Shown here piece by piece: positions 32,801 through 47,800 of a DNA stretch of 64,000 bases. The position numbers and the translations under genes were made by a program. Position 1 is the stretch's first letter. Every line of letters begins with the position of its first letter. The notes below the pieces were generated by a model. It did no database searches. It was not told the DNA's origin and saw nothing but the letters and a program-made list of their open reading frames with translations. This DNA is from Flaccisagitta enflata (taxonomy: Eukaryota), in the NCBI GenBank assembly GCA_965153355.1, contig OZ231126.1:5828001-5892000 (forward strand), in the 5' to 3' direction.

Positions 32801-35800
32801 GATGGATAAGGAAGAAGACCTTTCAAATGGATGGAGGAGTGTTTGTTTTTTTAAATTGTGTATTTGTGAGCGACGCGGGCCAACGTGTGTGCCCATGAGA
32901 AGTAAGATAACAGTTCATTTTTCTTTTTTATAAAAGCTTTCGATAAAAGTAGTAAAGGTCTACTAATTAAACGCATGTTGCTGATAACAATACAGACTCA
33001 CCATTTACCGCTGCCAATCCATGCTTTTTTCTCTCTCCTGAAAAATCATTTCAGATCCTTTTCAAAATTTTGAACTTTCTCAAACAAACGCAACCCTTAC
33101 AGTAGTTGATTAAATATTTTCGACAACGGGACACTTACTCGTCGGCTATCTCCTGTATGGTGTACCTGGATGGGATATCCCCCGTGGCGGGTCCTGGTCC
33201 CTGTTTGTGATCATGGAGATACTTACTCATCGGCTATCTCCTGTATGGTGTACGTGGATGGGATATCCCCCGTGGCGGGTCCTGGTCCCTGTTTGTGATC
33301 ATAGAGATACTTACTCGTTGGCTATCTCCTGTATGGTGTACGTGGATGGGATATCCCCCGTGGCGGGTCCTGGTCCCTGTTAGTGATCATAGAGATACTT
33401 ACTCATCGGCTATCTCCTGTATAGTGTACGTGGATGGGATATCCCCCGTGGCGGGTCCTGGTCCCGGCCCATCATCATCTTCGTGCATCGCGGTCATCAT
33501 GAATGTTTTGTCCGTAGAAGCATCGTAGGCGACGAAAGAGAAACCTTCCACGCTTGGGTCAACCACCTGACGACACAATTCATGTCAACTTTTTTTAAGG
33601 CCCTTGCTAATGAGCGCATAATGCCGAAACTTGGGTTTACGCCATCTATGAGGTCGTATTTATCTGTGAAACAAGAGGAACTAATCAACCTCACCTTAAC
33701 GTTGGTAGCCATAAAAGGCAGCTGTACGCGATGCGCGGAGGAAGAAGGCTTCATGAATCTCACGACGTCGACGAAAGCAGAAGAATCTTGATAAAACAGC
33801 AAAAGACCGCCGTAATCGGGATTGGACGAAAAGTCGGAAACCTAAAGTGGTCGAGGATCCAGAATTAGGAACAACAAAAACAACAACGACAACAAAAGGC
33901 CGCTTTACAGACGGGACCCTATTAAGAGTGGAGGAGGGACCCAAAGTTTTAGCATCACCCCCTACAGCCTATATGGCTCAAGCAATTTACTTAGTTGCTA
34001 AGGCGGATTACACCTTGGGTGGAAACAATTGGCGCCACCGTGGCGATTTTTGAACACCTAGAACACCCCTAAATTTTCAAAATTGAAGAAAAAAATGGGT
34101 CTAATTTTTTGAGGGTCCAGAGGGTGATTTTGCAAAATTAAAGGGTTTTTTAGGTGGAAATTCAAAAATCGCCACGGTGGCGCCAATTGTATTCACCTAA
34201 GGTGTAAATCGCCACAGCAAGTGAGAGAAATGCTTGAGCCATTTGAGCTGTAGGGGGTGATGCTAAAACTTTGGGTCCCTCCTCCGCTCTTATTAGGGTC
34301 CCGTCTGTAATCACTAATCAAGAATTGATCATAAGTCGGAATCAAGTGGGAGAGGATAAGAGATTTGGGATACAGGATTAAGGAGGAGGAAGTGATCGCG
34401 AATCGCTATTCGTGATTCTAATTCGTAATTGATTCACAATCGGAAATCAGGGGTGTATATAGTTGAGCGGCTTTTGATTTTTTTCCCCCTCCTGCCTTTG
34501 ATTTTCTTCCCCATGACGCATCGCGTCACATTACAAAATCTTTGATTTTCTTCCCCTCAAAGCTATAAAATAGTATAATTTAGTTGAATTGTGTTGTAGT
34601 AATTGTATTTTACCTTTTGGTACTACCAAAAGTGTTAAGATCTTCAAAAATTTTTTTTTTCTTTTTTTCAAACTTTTGATTTTCTTCCCCATCTCCAAAC
34701 CCTTTGATTTTATTCCCCCCACCAGGGGGGGGGGGGGAATACTCAACTTTAAACACCCCTGTCGGAAATTATGAGAAACCAAGTCAAAGGTGAGAATCAT
34801 AATCATTCATAAAAGAACCAATTCAAAAGAAACTATTTTCCACTATTTTCCACTTTTCATTAACCCATATCAGATCAAAAGAAGCAATAACGAAGTAAAA
34901 GCAAGAAGTTGACCTAATGTTATTGTAGGAAGTTGGGCCAGGCAATGGTGAATGCTCGTGGTTAACTAGGTTATCAGTCGGGTTGTCTCTCTCCTAATCG
35001 GTGGTAATGCTTGATCACCTCTGGCCAAACAGGTTCGTGAGCTAATCCGTCTTTCCCTTATCCTATTTCTACCCTGTCATCAAATACAACTGTAACGAAA
35101 GAAACCTTTACTACACTTTAAGTATTCATATGGAGGAATTTTGCTTTGTTTCATCAAAAAGCACATAACCTACCATTTTTTCATGCAAAATTTCAGAGCA
35201 CCGGCTAAAGCGGTTTAGTTTCCACATGATTTCCAAATTTGACAAGATTTTCCTCAAAATCATCATTTTTTAGTAATTTTTTATGTAAAAACTATTTTGA
35301 ATTCATGAAAATTGAATAAAAATGACCAGATTGGTCAAGAATAGTTGTTGATACATCAATTTTTTTCTTTTTTCAAAATTTTTTCACAATAAAAAAGATT
35401 TGAGTAAACATTTCAATATTTTCAAATTTAAAATTTGCTTAAACTTGCCTAGCAACTTTTTCATTCAAATAGGTGTTGTGGCCAAATCATTTGAGCTAGT
35501 GCTTTGAAATTTTATATGACAAAATGGTAGATCATGTGCTTTCAGAGGAAACAAAGCGGAATTCTTCAATATAAATACTTTGTGCACAATAAAGGTTTCT
35601 TTTGTTACAGTTGTAACTGATGGCAGGGTATATTGATAAAACTTACCATTCTGAATCTGTGTTTTTCCGGTTTGTTCATCCTGGTGGCTCCAGATCCGGT
35701 TTTAGACATTTTGTTGAGAATGTCTGTGGCCCGGCCGAGGACAGACTGATCCACGAAATCCAGCTTAGTCACGTCACCAGTCATGGCAGACAAATGATGG

Positions 35801-38800
35801 ACAAGACCGGACACCTCCTCCAACATCACCACGGACTCGTGGTATGGGGCGGGCAAGGCTGGACAGAGAATGGATAATGGCAAAGCATGAGGGATGGAAA
35901 GATAAAGCAGATGAAGCAGGCGGGAGTGGGAAGCCAAAGGGAGTAACAAATGCTTTGGAGGTTACAGTGTAAATGTTTAGGTGGCCAAAGGGATTAAAAA
36001 CACTTTGGAGACCAGAAGGGTATAGAAATGTTTATCATTATGGAGGAGGAGGGGAGAAGGAGAAGAGAAGTAAGAAGAGGAAGAGGGAGAGGAACAAGAA
36101 CATGTAATAGAGGATTAAGAAAAAGAAGAAGAAGAAGAAGAAGAAGAAGAAGGAGAAGAAGATGAAGAAGATGAAGAAGAAGAAGAAGTAGAAGAAGAAG
36201 ATGAAGAAGATGAAGAAGAGAAGTGAAATAGGATGAAGATGAATGTGAAGAGTGTAAGATCAGTAGCGCATATAACATTTTGGGTATAGTGAGGGATATT
36301 GTTCCACTAGTCATATACTGCATCACAGTCAAACAAATTAAATCAGATATCTCGTTTTAATAATTTTCTCACCGGCCAATTGTACGCGGGGTTTAAAAGC
36401 GGTGATATTTCTGGGGAAGAAATCCCACAAATCGACGCAATGAATCTGACTCGAGTTGAGATCGGAGGTCATGAGGGAAATTGGGTTGACAGCGCCAACG
36501 TGAATCAACTCGGCCACGTTGTGAGTCACAGCGCAAACATCTGAAAATTGATATATCCATCAGGGGGCGTTTCTAGTCAAGACAACCGCGTTTTGAACGG
36601 GCCACTCGGTCGCTCGCTACGTTCGTTCGCTCGCACTGCTCACTCCGCTCACTCGCTCCGCAGCGCTCCGCTTCGCTAGCTTCGCTCGCTCGCTCCGTTC
36701 ACGGGCTCGCTCACTCACTTCGCTCACTCCCTCATGGGACGGTTGAAATTCTTGAATATGTGTTCACACTGTTATCGCGATTCACGGGAACAAACGCGTT
36801 TTTGGCGCTCACTAGAAACACGCCCTCAGTTGCACGCGTACGTTTGGCGCGTCACGAGTCACGTGTTTGACAACGCCAGCGGCACGATTCAGTATATATT
36901 CGTGAATGTGAAAGGGCGGCGTAAAGCGCGGAAACTGAAACCGTCGGTTGACAGGATCGATTTCAATGCCGCTAACATCGCTTGGGAAGCCGTTTTTACT
37001 GAGCAGTCTTGTCTTTGAGACTATGACTAGGCACGATTTAGCTGTAAACTGGCTTTTGCGCCAACGGCAATGGTCGCGTTGTAAAACTTGGGACGCTGAT
37101 TTCATCACAGCCCGGCCTTTTCTTCTTTATATAAAACCATTTGTACAAAACGCTGTCGTATTCGAAAGTAAAAACTCAAATACTAATACTTACTTTTATT
37201 TATTGTGGTTACGATGTCACAAGCCTTTTTTTGGTCATAAGAATGAAGAAATATTTAAGCGGTGAATAAAACATATTACTGCAATATTCAACATCAGGCA
37301 TGAAGAAAACATCGAACTACAATATGCAAATGAGGATTTTATCTACCGAGAGTCCGAGACTGATAAGCAAAATCGCAAACAGTTTCAAGGAAGATGACAT
37401 CACCTGCGCAAATGTTATCATTTACTTTGTCAATTTTAGCCATTTTAACCATGCTTCTCAGAATCGGTACCTCTGCACCACACACACGAACATAAAAGCG
37501 GTCAACCGCTTCCACATTCCCAGTGGAAACTACATTCTCGCTTTTTTTTTACCGGTCATGATGTTGGTTTCGTGCAGCGGCATTTTCCAGGATGTCTTTT
37601 CCTCGGTAAATTCGGTGGCTCGTCTATCCGTCATCTCGAGCGGGAATTGTTGAGGTCTGGCACGCTGAGGACCGTCGAAGAGAAGAGGACGCGGAGTCAC
37701 GATGCACGACAACGATGACAAGGAAGACGCCGAAGGATGACGCATCTCCCATCTGTAATGAAGGTGACAAAATAACAATTAGGTCTAGCACGCTGAGGAC
37801 CGTCGAAGAGAAGAGGACGCGGAGTCACGATACACGACAACGATGACAAGGAAGACGCCGAAGGACGACGCATCTCCCATCTGTAATGAAGGTGACAAAA
37901 TAACAATTAGGTCTAGCACGCTGAGGACCGTCGAAGAAAAGAGGACGCGGAGTCACGATACACGACAACGATGACAAGGAAGACGCCGAAGGACGACGCA
38001 TCTCCCATCTGTAATGATGGTGACAAAATAACAATTAGGTCTAGCACGCTGAGGACCGTCGAAGAGAAGAGGACGCGGAGTCACGATACACGACAACAAT
38101 GACAAGGAAGACGCCAAAGGACGATGCGTCTCCCATCTGTAATGATGGTGATAAAATAACAATTAGGTCTAGCACGCTGAGGACCGTCGAAGTGAAGAGG
38201 ATGCGGAGTCACGATACACGACAACGATGACAAGGAAGACGTCGAAGGACGACGCGTCTCCCATCTGTAATGATGGTGACAAAATAACAATTAGGTCAAG
38301 CACGCTGAGGACCGTCGAAGAGAAGAGGACGCGGAGTCACAATACACGACAACGATGACAAGGAAGACGCCGAAGGACGACGCGTCTCCCACCTGGATGA
38401 GGAGGATGTAAGTGGCAAAGAGACTAGCGCAGTGAGAGAGATGTGGGGATGGACATAAGAATGAATATGGTCAGAGCGTGAGTCCGTGTCCATGGCAGAA
38501 CGCCTGTGAGCAAGTTTCCGTGCGCTTTAGAGCAATTGTTCAGTAGGGATTGATCATTTCAATTTGTGTCGAGTAGACAACTAGGGTCCTATAGCCCGGT
38601 TTCCCGTCTTATTAAGCGAAGGGAGGGGATAAGCGTGAAAAGCATTATTTTTGTTTCAAAGATAAAGAACGGTTACCATAAGCGCATCCGTACCTAGCAG
38701 AGAGAGTTGGCGCGGGTAGTGGAACATCCCTGGCCAAAAGAACATTAGAGGGGTTGGCTCCAAGCGGGATTCCATGTTTGTGCAGAGTGTCAATGACCGT

Positions 38801-41800
38801 CTCTTTCATTTCTTCGTTGTACGAATCGAAATCGATCACATTTCGAACCACCGACGCCAAACCTGAAACGATAGACAGACAGACAGATGGTCAGACGGTA
38901 ACGGTAACAGAGGCGATAACGATAGACAGACAGACAGACAGATACTGATAGACAGACGGTAACGATAATCTAACGTTCAGCATATTGAACATTGACGTCC
39001 GAGAAGCATCAGTCATAATGTGCCCGCTGCCCCATCAAAGGACCTGTGTACAGGAGATGAAACCTGCGGTTAATCCAGGGCTGATGACGCCAGCCAATGC
39101 TCATGCTAGGGACTCTAGCGTCATGGACCAAATTTCTATGAATGAAGGCAGAGAATCGGATCAAACTTCTATAAATGAAGGCTGAGAATCAAAAAGATAG
39201 ACAGACAGACAATCGTCAGATATACGCGCGTACGCAAAAGGCAAGGGTAATGATCGGTCATTTGTTTTATTGAACCTTCGTGCGGGTATTTGTCCAAATG
39301 TTTGACGATGGCGACGACTTCTCGAGTGGAATACGGATAAGCGATTTGTCCTTTATCGGCCAACCCACGAAGCTCGCCAAACGCCAGCACGAGCTTCTTG
39401 AGGATCTCCTCGGGCAGTCGTTGACCATAGCTTCGAAGGAGTTGCATCTCCGATCCCAGATCGGGATTGTCGATGGCGTGAGAGGAAAATAAATCACCTA
39501 AAGACGCGAAAAAGTCGTTGCCCAGAAACGGGAAACCGGGACGATTGGCTAACACCTGCAGGAGGAGGAGGAGAAGAGCATAAATGGACAGAGAGAAGAA
39601 AAAGAAGAAGAACAACAACAAAACAACAACTGGTGAACATGAAGGAGACGAACGAGACGGAGAGCAACAACGTAAGACCAACAGTAGAACAACAACCAAA
39701 AGTAGAACAACAACCAACAACAGAAGAACAACAACCAACAACAGCGTAACGATAGCAGCAGAACCAGAACGAATGAGTAACAACAACCAACGATGGCAAA
39801 TGAAAACAACCAACAACGACAAAACTCGACAATGGAACAACACTACCAACAACAACACGTTATGACAACAACAACGATTCACATTCTGCCCATTCCATAC
39901 CATCATCCTAAAATTGGGATGCGCGACGATGACATCCTCCGGCAACTCTTCCTTCGTCCTGCCGGCGGCCTCGTGGGCGGAAATGATCCTCCTACCGTCT
40001 CCGAGCGTCATCGTGCCGGATTCGACGAGCGTCTTGAGGACGCAGGTGACGTTGGTCGGGGCTTTGTCAGCCTCGTCGACGACCAACACGTGACCTTGAC
40101 GAACGGCGCGGACCAATGGAGAATCCTCGTACGTGATCACGCCGTCGAGGACTTTGGGTTGTAACGTCAGGGATTGCACCTAGGGAGAGAGGAAAAGAGG
40201 GGAGAGAGGGGAGAGAGAAGAGAGAGGAGAAAGGAGAGAGAGAGGAGAGAGGGGAGAGAGGGGAGAGAGAAGAGAGAGAAGAGAGAGGAGAGAGGAGAAA
40301 GGAGAGAGGAGAAAGGAGAGAGGAGAAAGGAGATAGAGGGTAGAGGTTGGAAGGAAGGGAGAGAAGAGAAAATGAGAGAAGAGAGAGGCGAAAAGAGAGA
40401 GGAGAGAGGAGAGAAGTGAGAGGAAAGAGAAACATTTATTCATCAACGATGGAAAACAATGTAACAGAATTTCCACGCATTCTATATAACAAACGCCGCT
40501 CGTATGAACCAAATATACCGAATGTCTCCTCATCAAATTCGTGGTTACTTACCGTGGTATCTCTGTGCAGTTGCACGTATTCTCTCGGTCTCCTCATGAG
40601 CTGCAGAAATCGATCGACAATTTTGTTTTTGCCGACTCCTTGATTACCGACTAGCAGCAAATGTTCGCCGAGGCTAAAGTCTCTCAGCATGGACTCGAGA
40701 ACGCGAGTGTGTTGAGAGTTCTCGTAAAACACGAAATTGTCCGGGATGAGAAATTCTTCGTCCACCGCGGGAGGAGTTAAGGCTACGGTGGTTGAACCTT
40801 AAGAGAGGCCAAGAAAGAGGAAGGAAGGAAGGAAGGAAGAATCAAAGGAAGGAAAGAAGGAAGGGTAGTGGGATGGAAGGACGGATGGAAGAATGGATGG
40901 ATAGATGAAAAGAAGGATGACGAGTTAGGAAATATTTGTACAAGAAATGAGTAGCAAGACACACGGGGTAGCGTAAAACAAAGAAGAATGAAGTATGCTG
41001 CATGGCCATAGCCCAATCATGGCTCACTCAGAACCAAAGCCACCACACTTACAAAAGCTGAGAATAGGCCCCTAATTACCTATCGTCAGCCTTCCATTTT
41101 CCACGCGGCATCCCAGTTCTTCCGTATCCTTAGACGCGTCGGAAACGGAAGCAGCAGCAGCAGCAGCAGCAGCCTGGGATTTCCTCCTCACAATTCCGGC
41201 TTTTTCCATGCTTTCTTCCAGCGCGTTTTTAGCCAAAGCCGGTAAGAATCTCGCCAAACAAGCTCGTTCCACGGCACTCCACACGTCAGGAGGCGCCGAA
41301 GAAGTCGACGACGTCGCATCGAAGGATGATGCCATTTGACGAGCTGTTCGAAGAAGTTGACGCGTCGACAAGGAAGAGGAGAGAGATTTCAACGTCGGGT
41401 CGTTGGAACTGAAGTGATTGAAATGAAATACGGATGGGATACGATAGGATGATAAATTTGCATGATACGAATGATACGGCAGACAACCGCCTAGGGATAG
41501 AAATTGATTCGTTTATGAATTGGACGCTTGTTGATGTCTACGTGTCATGTCGTGCAGTATAACAAGGCCGGATACCGACCGACAAAGCGGGGTGTAGAGT
41601 CGCGTAGCGCGCGACTAAAAGTCCGAGTCTCACCCTCGAAGCGTCTCGGTGAATTTGAGCAGCGGATCGATTTGTTGTTTTTTGAGCTGCGGGACGCTTT
41701 TCAAGATGACGTCCGTTTCTTCGGCGATGCCCAAAGGACGCATTTGATGGTAGAAGAAAAGAGTCAATTGCTCGGCGCCCAACCAGGCTTGGGAAGCAGT

Positions 41801-44800
41801 GCCACCTGTGGGATGGGGATGATGATGGTTGATATTATTGGATCCATTAACGGTAAGATCATTTTAGCAGTACCGAACGCAGCAGTCCCTTTTTGCTAAT
41901 TTTCTTCCTTATTCTGGGGATGTACCTAGCAGTTTTGCAGCAGTCCCAAGCTCTCAATATTTTGGGGATGCGCCCAGCAGTCCCTCAGCAGTCCCCCCAA
42001 AGTATCATCTCAACTAAGATGGGGATGCACCCAGCAGTCCCTCAGCAGTCCCTCCTACCCTAACTTGGGGATGCACTTAGCAGTCCCTCAGCAGTCCCTC
42101 TTACCCTTACTAGGGGATGCGCTCAGCAGTCCCTCAGCAGTCCCTCCAAAAAAATCTCAGTATGATAAGTTTGGCGCAGCAGTATACCTTTATCTAGCAT
42201 GGGGATGCATCTAGCAGTCCCTCAGCAGTCCCTACTACACTAACCTGGGGATGCACTCAGCAGTCCCTCAGCAGTCCCTCCTTAAGAGTAACCCAATATG
42301 TAAAGTATGGCGCAGCAGTATAACTAACTAGCATGGGGATGCATCTAGCAGTCCCTCAGCAGTCCCTATTACACTAACCTGGGGATGCACTCAGCAGTCC
42401 CTTAGCAGTCCCTCCTTAAGAACAACCCAATATGTAAAGTATGGCGCTGCAGTATATCTTTAACTAGCATGGGGATGCATCTAGCAGTCCCTCAGCAGTC
42501 CCTATTACACTAACCTGGGGATGCACTCAGCAGTCCCTCAGCAGTCCCTCCTTAAGAGTAACCCAATATGTAGAGTATGGCGCAGCAGTATAACTTTAAC
42601 AAGCATGGGGATGCATCTAGCAGTCCCTCAGCAGTCCCTATTACACTAACCTGGGGATGCACTCAGCAGTCCCTCAGCAGTCCCTTCATAAGAATAACCC
42701 AATATGTAAAGTATGGCGCAGCAGTATAACATTAACTAATATGGGGATGCATCTAGCAGTCCCTCAGCAGTCCCTATTACACTAACCTGGGGATGCACTC
42801 AGCAGTCCCTCAGCAGTCCCTCCTTAAGAATAACCCAATAACTAAAGTATGGCGCAGCAGTATAACTAACTAGCATGGGATTGCATCTAGCAGTCCCTCA
42901 GCAGTCCCTAATACACTAATCTGGGGATGCACTCAGCAGTCCCTTAGCAGTCCCTCCTTAAGAACAACCCAATATGTAAAGTAAGGCGCTGCAGTATATC
43001 TTTTACTAGCATGGGGATGCATCTAGCAGTCCCTCAGCAGTCCCTACTACACTAACCTGGGGATGCACTCAGCAGTCCCTCAGCAGTCCCTCCTTAAGAG
43101 TAACCCAATATGTAAAGTATGGCGCAGCAGTATAATTCTAACTAGCATGGGGATGCATCTAGCAGTCCCTCAGCAGTCCCTATTACACTAACCTGGGGAT
43201 GCACTCAGCAGTCCCTTAGCAGTCCCTCCTTAAGAATAACCCAATATGTAAAGTATGGCGCAGCAGTATAACATTAACTAGCATGGGGATGCATCTAGCA
43301 GTCCCTCAGCAGTCCCTAGTACACTAACGTGGGGATGCACTCAGCAGTCCCTCAGCAGTCCCTTCATAAGAATAACCCAATATGTAAAGTATGGCGCAGC
43401 AGTATAACATTAACTAGCATGGGGATGCATCTAGCAGTCCCTCAGCAGTCCCTATTACACTAACCTGGGGATGCACTCAGCAGTCCCTCAGCAGTCCCTC
43501 CTTAAGAATAACCCAATAAGTAAAGTATGGCGCAGCAGTATAACTAACTAGCATGGGGATGCATCTAGCAGTCCCTCAGCAGTCCCTATTACACTAACCT
43601 GGGGATGCACTCAGCAGTCCCTTAGCAGTCCCTCCTTAAGAACAACCCAATATGTAAAGTATGGCGCTGCAGTATATCTTTAACTAGCATGGGGATGCAT
43701 CTAGCAGTCCCTCAGGAGTCCCTACTACACTAACCTGGGGATGCACTCAGCAGTCCCTCAGCAGTCCCTCCTTAAGAGTAACCCAATATGTAAAGTATGG
43801 CGCAGCAGTATAATTTTAACTAGCATGGGGATGCATCTAGCAGTCCCTCAGCAGTCCCTATTACACTAACCTGGGGATGCACTCAGCAGTCCCTTAGCAG
43901 TCCCTCCTTAAGAATAACCCAATATGTAAAGTATGGCGCAGCAGTATAACATTAACTAGCAGGGGGATGCATCTAGCAGTCCCTCAGCAGTCCCTAGTAC
44001 ACTAACGTGGGGATGCACTCAGCAGTCCCTCAGCAGTCCCTTCATAAGAATAACCCAATATGTAAAGTATGGCGCAGCAGTATAACATTAACTAGCATGG
44101 GGATGCATCTAGCAGTCCCTCAGCAGTCCCTATTACACTAACCTGGGGATGCACTCAGCAGTCCCTTAGCAGTCCCTCCTTAAGAATAACCCAATATGTA
44201 AAGTATGGCGCAGCAGTATAACATTAACTAGCAGGGGGATGCATTTAGCAGTCCCTCAGCAGTCCCTAGTACACTAATCTGGGGATGCACTCAGCAGTCC
44301 CTCAGCAGTCCCTTCATAAGAATAACCCAATATGTAAAGTATGGCGCAGCAGTATAACATTAACTAGCATGGGGATGCATCTAGCAGTCCCTCAGCAGTC
44401 CCTATTACACTAACCTGGGGATGCACTCAGCAGTCCCTTAGCAGTCCCTTCATAAGAATAACCCAATATGTAAAGTATGGCGCAGCAGTATAACTTTAAC
44501 AAGCATGGGGATGCATCTAGCAGTCCCTCAGCAGTCCCTATTAGAATCAAACTAAGCTGGGGATGCATCAAGTAGTCCCTCAGCAGTCCCTATTATACTA
44601 AGCTGGGGATGCACTCAGCAGTCCCTCAGCAGTCCTTCCCTAAGAAATACCCAATATGTAAAGTGTGGCGCAGCAGTATATCTTTTTCTAGCATGGGGAT
44701 GCATCAAGCAGTCCCTCAGCAACTTCTGTAACTAACCTGGGGATGTGCTCAGGAGTCCCTCCTTAAGAATAACCCAATACATAAAGTTTGGCACACACGC

Positions 44801-47800
44801 AAAAGGAGTCCCTTTCTTTATTTCTAAATGCATTCTTTCTTTTCTTTTCGCCTTTTCTTTTCTTTCTTTCTTTTTTCAACTTTCTTTCCCTGTTTTTTTG
44901 TTGCGTGCATGCGACTCTATATTCGCTTTGTCTGTTGGTTAGTCAGTCAGTTGTTTCGTTGGTCACACTTTACTTTTTATTACCATTTTTTTTTACCTCA
45001 CTGCTCCTGCCCAATTGGCGTCATGTATGGCCCCTGCCCACCCGTACACAACTTTGGTAGCTGTGTATGCGGCCTTGTTTTCTTTCTTTTTGTCTATTGC
45101 TGATCCTCTTGGCAATCCACCTTATACCAACTTGTCAAACATTACTTATATTGAAGTGTCAACTACTTTCCTAACCCGTATTTAAGATGCCCTTCATGTA
45201 CAGCTGCACTTCATGTGTGAATAAAAACAAATCATTAATGACACAAAGAATTTGAAGCTAGCTTTCAAGTAACTCTTTCAGGTCCCTTGCTATGACCGAC
45301 AATTAATCTTTGATAATGAGAAGTGAAATCATAAAAAAAAGTAAAATACATGGTAGGAAGTGACAAGATGTATTTGTTTGCAATAGAAAAAGGAAAAAAC
45401 ACTGTGTGGTTGCATAATCTTTAATGGCGACTCTTGCTCTGCTGCAAAACAGAAAATATTTTGACATGCTACAATGCAACGAGTTGGATGTATTTCATGA
45501 AGACCCTCAGAAAAAAAAAAGAAGATGCTATTCATTCAAACCAGAAAGGGAAAGTAAATTGTTTTCATGCTTCTTGTGCGCTTATAGCCAAATAGATATT
45601 TAATAAACACTCAACATTGGTAGACATCAGCGAGTTAGGAAAATATCTTTTTATATTTGTATTTTACTTTTGACATAGAGTAAAATATCTTTTGCTTTTT
45701 TTGTCCTGTTCCTGCAAAATTGTGACTTTCTGTGGTGCTTCTTAAAATCTTCCAGACCTGAAGAAGAAAAACCTAACTAGGGTACAATGTAACAAATCGC
45801 CATCCTCTTTTTGAAAAATATTCTTCACAGTGAATGAAGCCAATTTCCACTACTTAGAATACTACTCAAAAAGATTGATAGACAATCATTACATTTCACA
45901 CTAGTTTTATCTTCGTGGCGCCTCATACTACTTGAGTTATGGAGAATCACCTTGGTTTGAAATTTGTTTATAGTATATCGTATGTCAAGATACAAATTTT
46001 CTGCCCTCCCTATTAAATCAGAACCACTAATTATCCATGAAATGAAGCCTTTAGCTTGTCATTGCACGGTTGCATGGCAAGTGGGCTGAATTTTTTGCAA
46101 AGGCTAAAATAACAAACAGAAAAAGTGTTATGAAAGAAAAGAAAAAAGAAAAAAAAAAAAGAAAACTACTAAAATGAATTGCTAATTTAGAGAATTACCT
46201 CTACAGCGACTCTTTTTAGCCGCTAGTTTTGGATGACATTCCGCGCAGCCAATCATGGTATTGCTGGAGATGACTCACTTTGCAAGGCCTTCAGATTTTT
46301 TTTTTTGAAAATGTATGGATGGTTGAAGAATTGGGGAAAAAAGGGAAAAAAGGGACTGCTGAGGGACTGCTGAGTGCATCCCCAGGTTAGTGTAATAGGG
46401 ACTACTGAGGGACTGCTAGATGCATCCCCATGCTAGTTAATGTTATACTGCTGCACCATACTTTACATATTAGTTATTATAAGGGACTGCTAGGGACTGC
46501 TGAGTGCATCCCCAGGCAGTGTAATGAGGACTGCTGAACTGCTAGATGCATCCCTATGCTAGTTAAATTATACTGCTGCATATACATATTAGGTTACTCT
46601 TAGGAAGGACTGCTGAACTGTTAGTGCATCCCCAGGTTGTTAGCAAGGACTGCTGAAGACTGCTAGATGCATCCATGCTAGTTAAAATATACTGCTGCGC
46701 CATACACATATTGGGTTACTCTTAAGGAGGGACTGCTGGACTGCTGAGTGCATCCAGGTTAAGTAATAGGGACTGCTGAGGGACTGCTAGATGCACCCCA
46801 TGCTGTTAAAGTTATACTGCTGCGCCATACTCATGTGGGTTACTCTTAAGGAGGGACTGCTGAGGGACTGCTGAGTGCATCCCAGGTTAGTGTGATAGGG
46901 ACTGCTGAGGGACTGCTGATGCATCCCCATGCTAGTAAATATACTGCTGCGCCGCCTACATATTGGGGTGTTCTAAGGGACTGCTAAGGGACTGCTGAGT
47001 GCATCCCCAGGTTAGTGTAATAGGGACTGCTGAGGGACTGCTAGATGCATCCCCATGCTAGTGAAAAATATACTGCTGCGCCATACTTTACATATTGGGT
47101 TACTCTTAAGGAGGGACTGCTGAGGGACTGCTGAGTGCATCCCCAGGTTAGTGTAGTAGGGACTGCTAGATGCATCCCCATGCTTGTTAAAGTCATACTG
47201 CTGCGCCATACTCTACATATTTGGTTACTCTTAAGGAGGGACTGCTTAGGGACTGCTGAGTGCATCCCCAGGTTAGTGTAATAGGGACTGCTGTGGGACT
47301 GCTAGATACATCCCCATGCTAGTTGATGTTATACTGCTGCGCCATACTTTACATATTGGGTTAATCTTAAGGAGGGACTGCTGAGGGACTGCTGAGTGCA
47401 TCCCCAGGTTAGTGTAACAGGGACTGCTGAGGGACTGCTCAATGCATCCCCATGCTAGTTAGTTACACTGCTGCGCCATATTTTACATATTGGGTTATTC
47501 ATAAGGAGGGACTGTGAGGGACTGCTGAGTATCCCCAGGTTAGTGTAATAGGGACTGCTGAGGGACTGCTAGATGCATCCCCATGCTAGTTAAAGTTATA
47601 CCGCCATACTTTACATATGGGGTTATTCTTAAGCAGGGACTGCTGAGGGACTGCTGAGTGCATCCCCAGGTTAGTGTAATAGGGACTGCTGAGGGACTGC
47701 TAGATGCATCCCCATGCTAGTTACATTTATACTGCTGCGCCAATCTTTACATATTGGGTTTTTCTTAAGGAGGGACTGCTGAGGGACTGCTGAGTGCATC

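Noticed and set aside
41940-44800. CRISPR-like repeat-spacer appearance
   Set aside because: The spacers are themselves repeated, the array is mirrored as an inverted arm, there are no cas genes and the context is eukaryotic.
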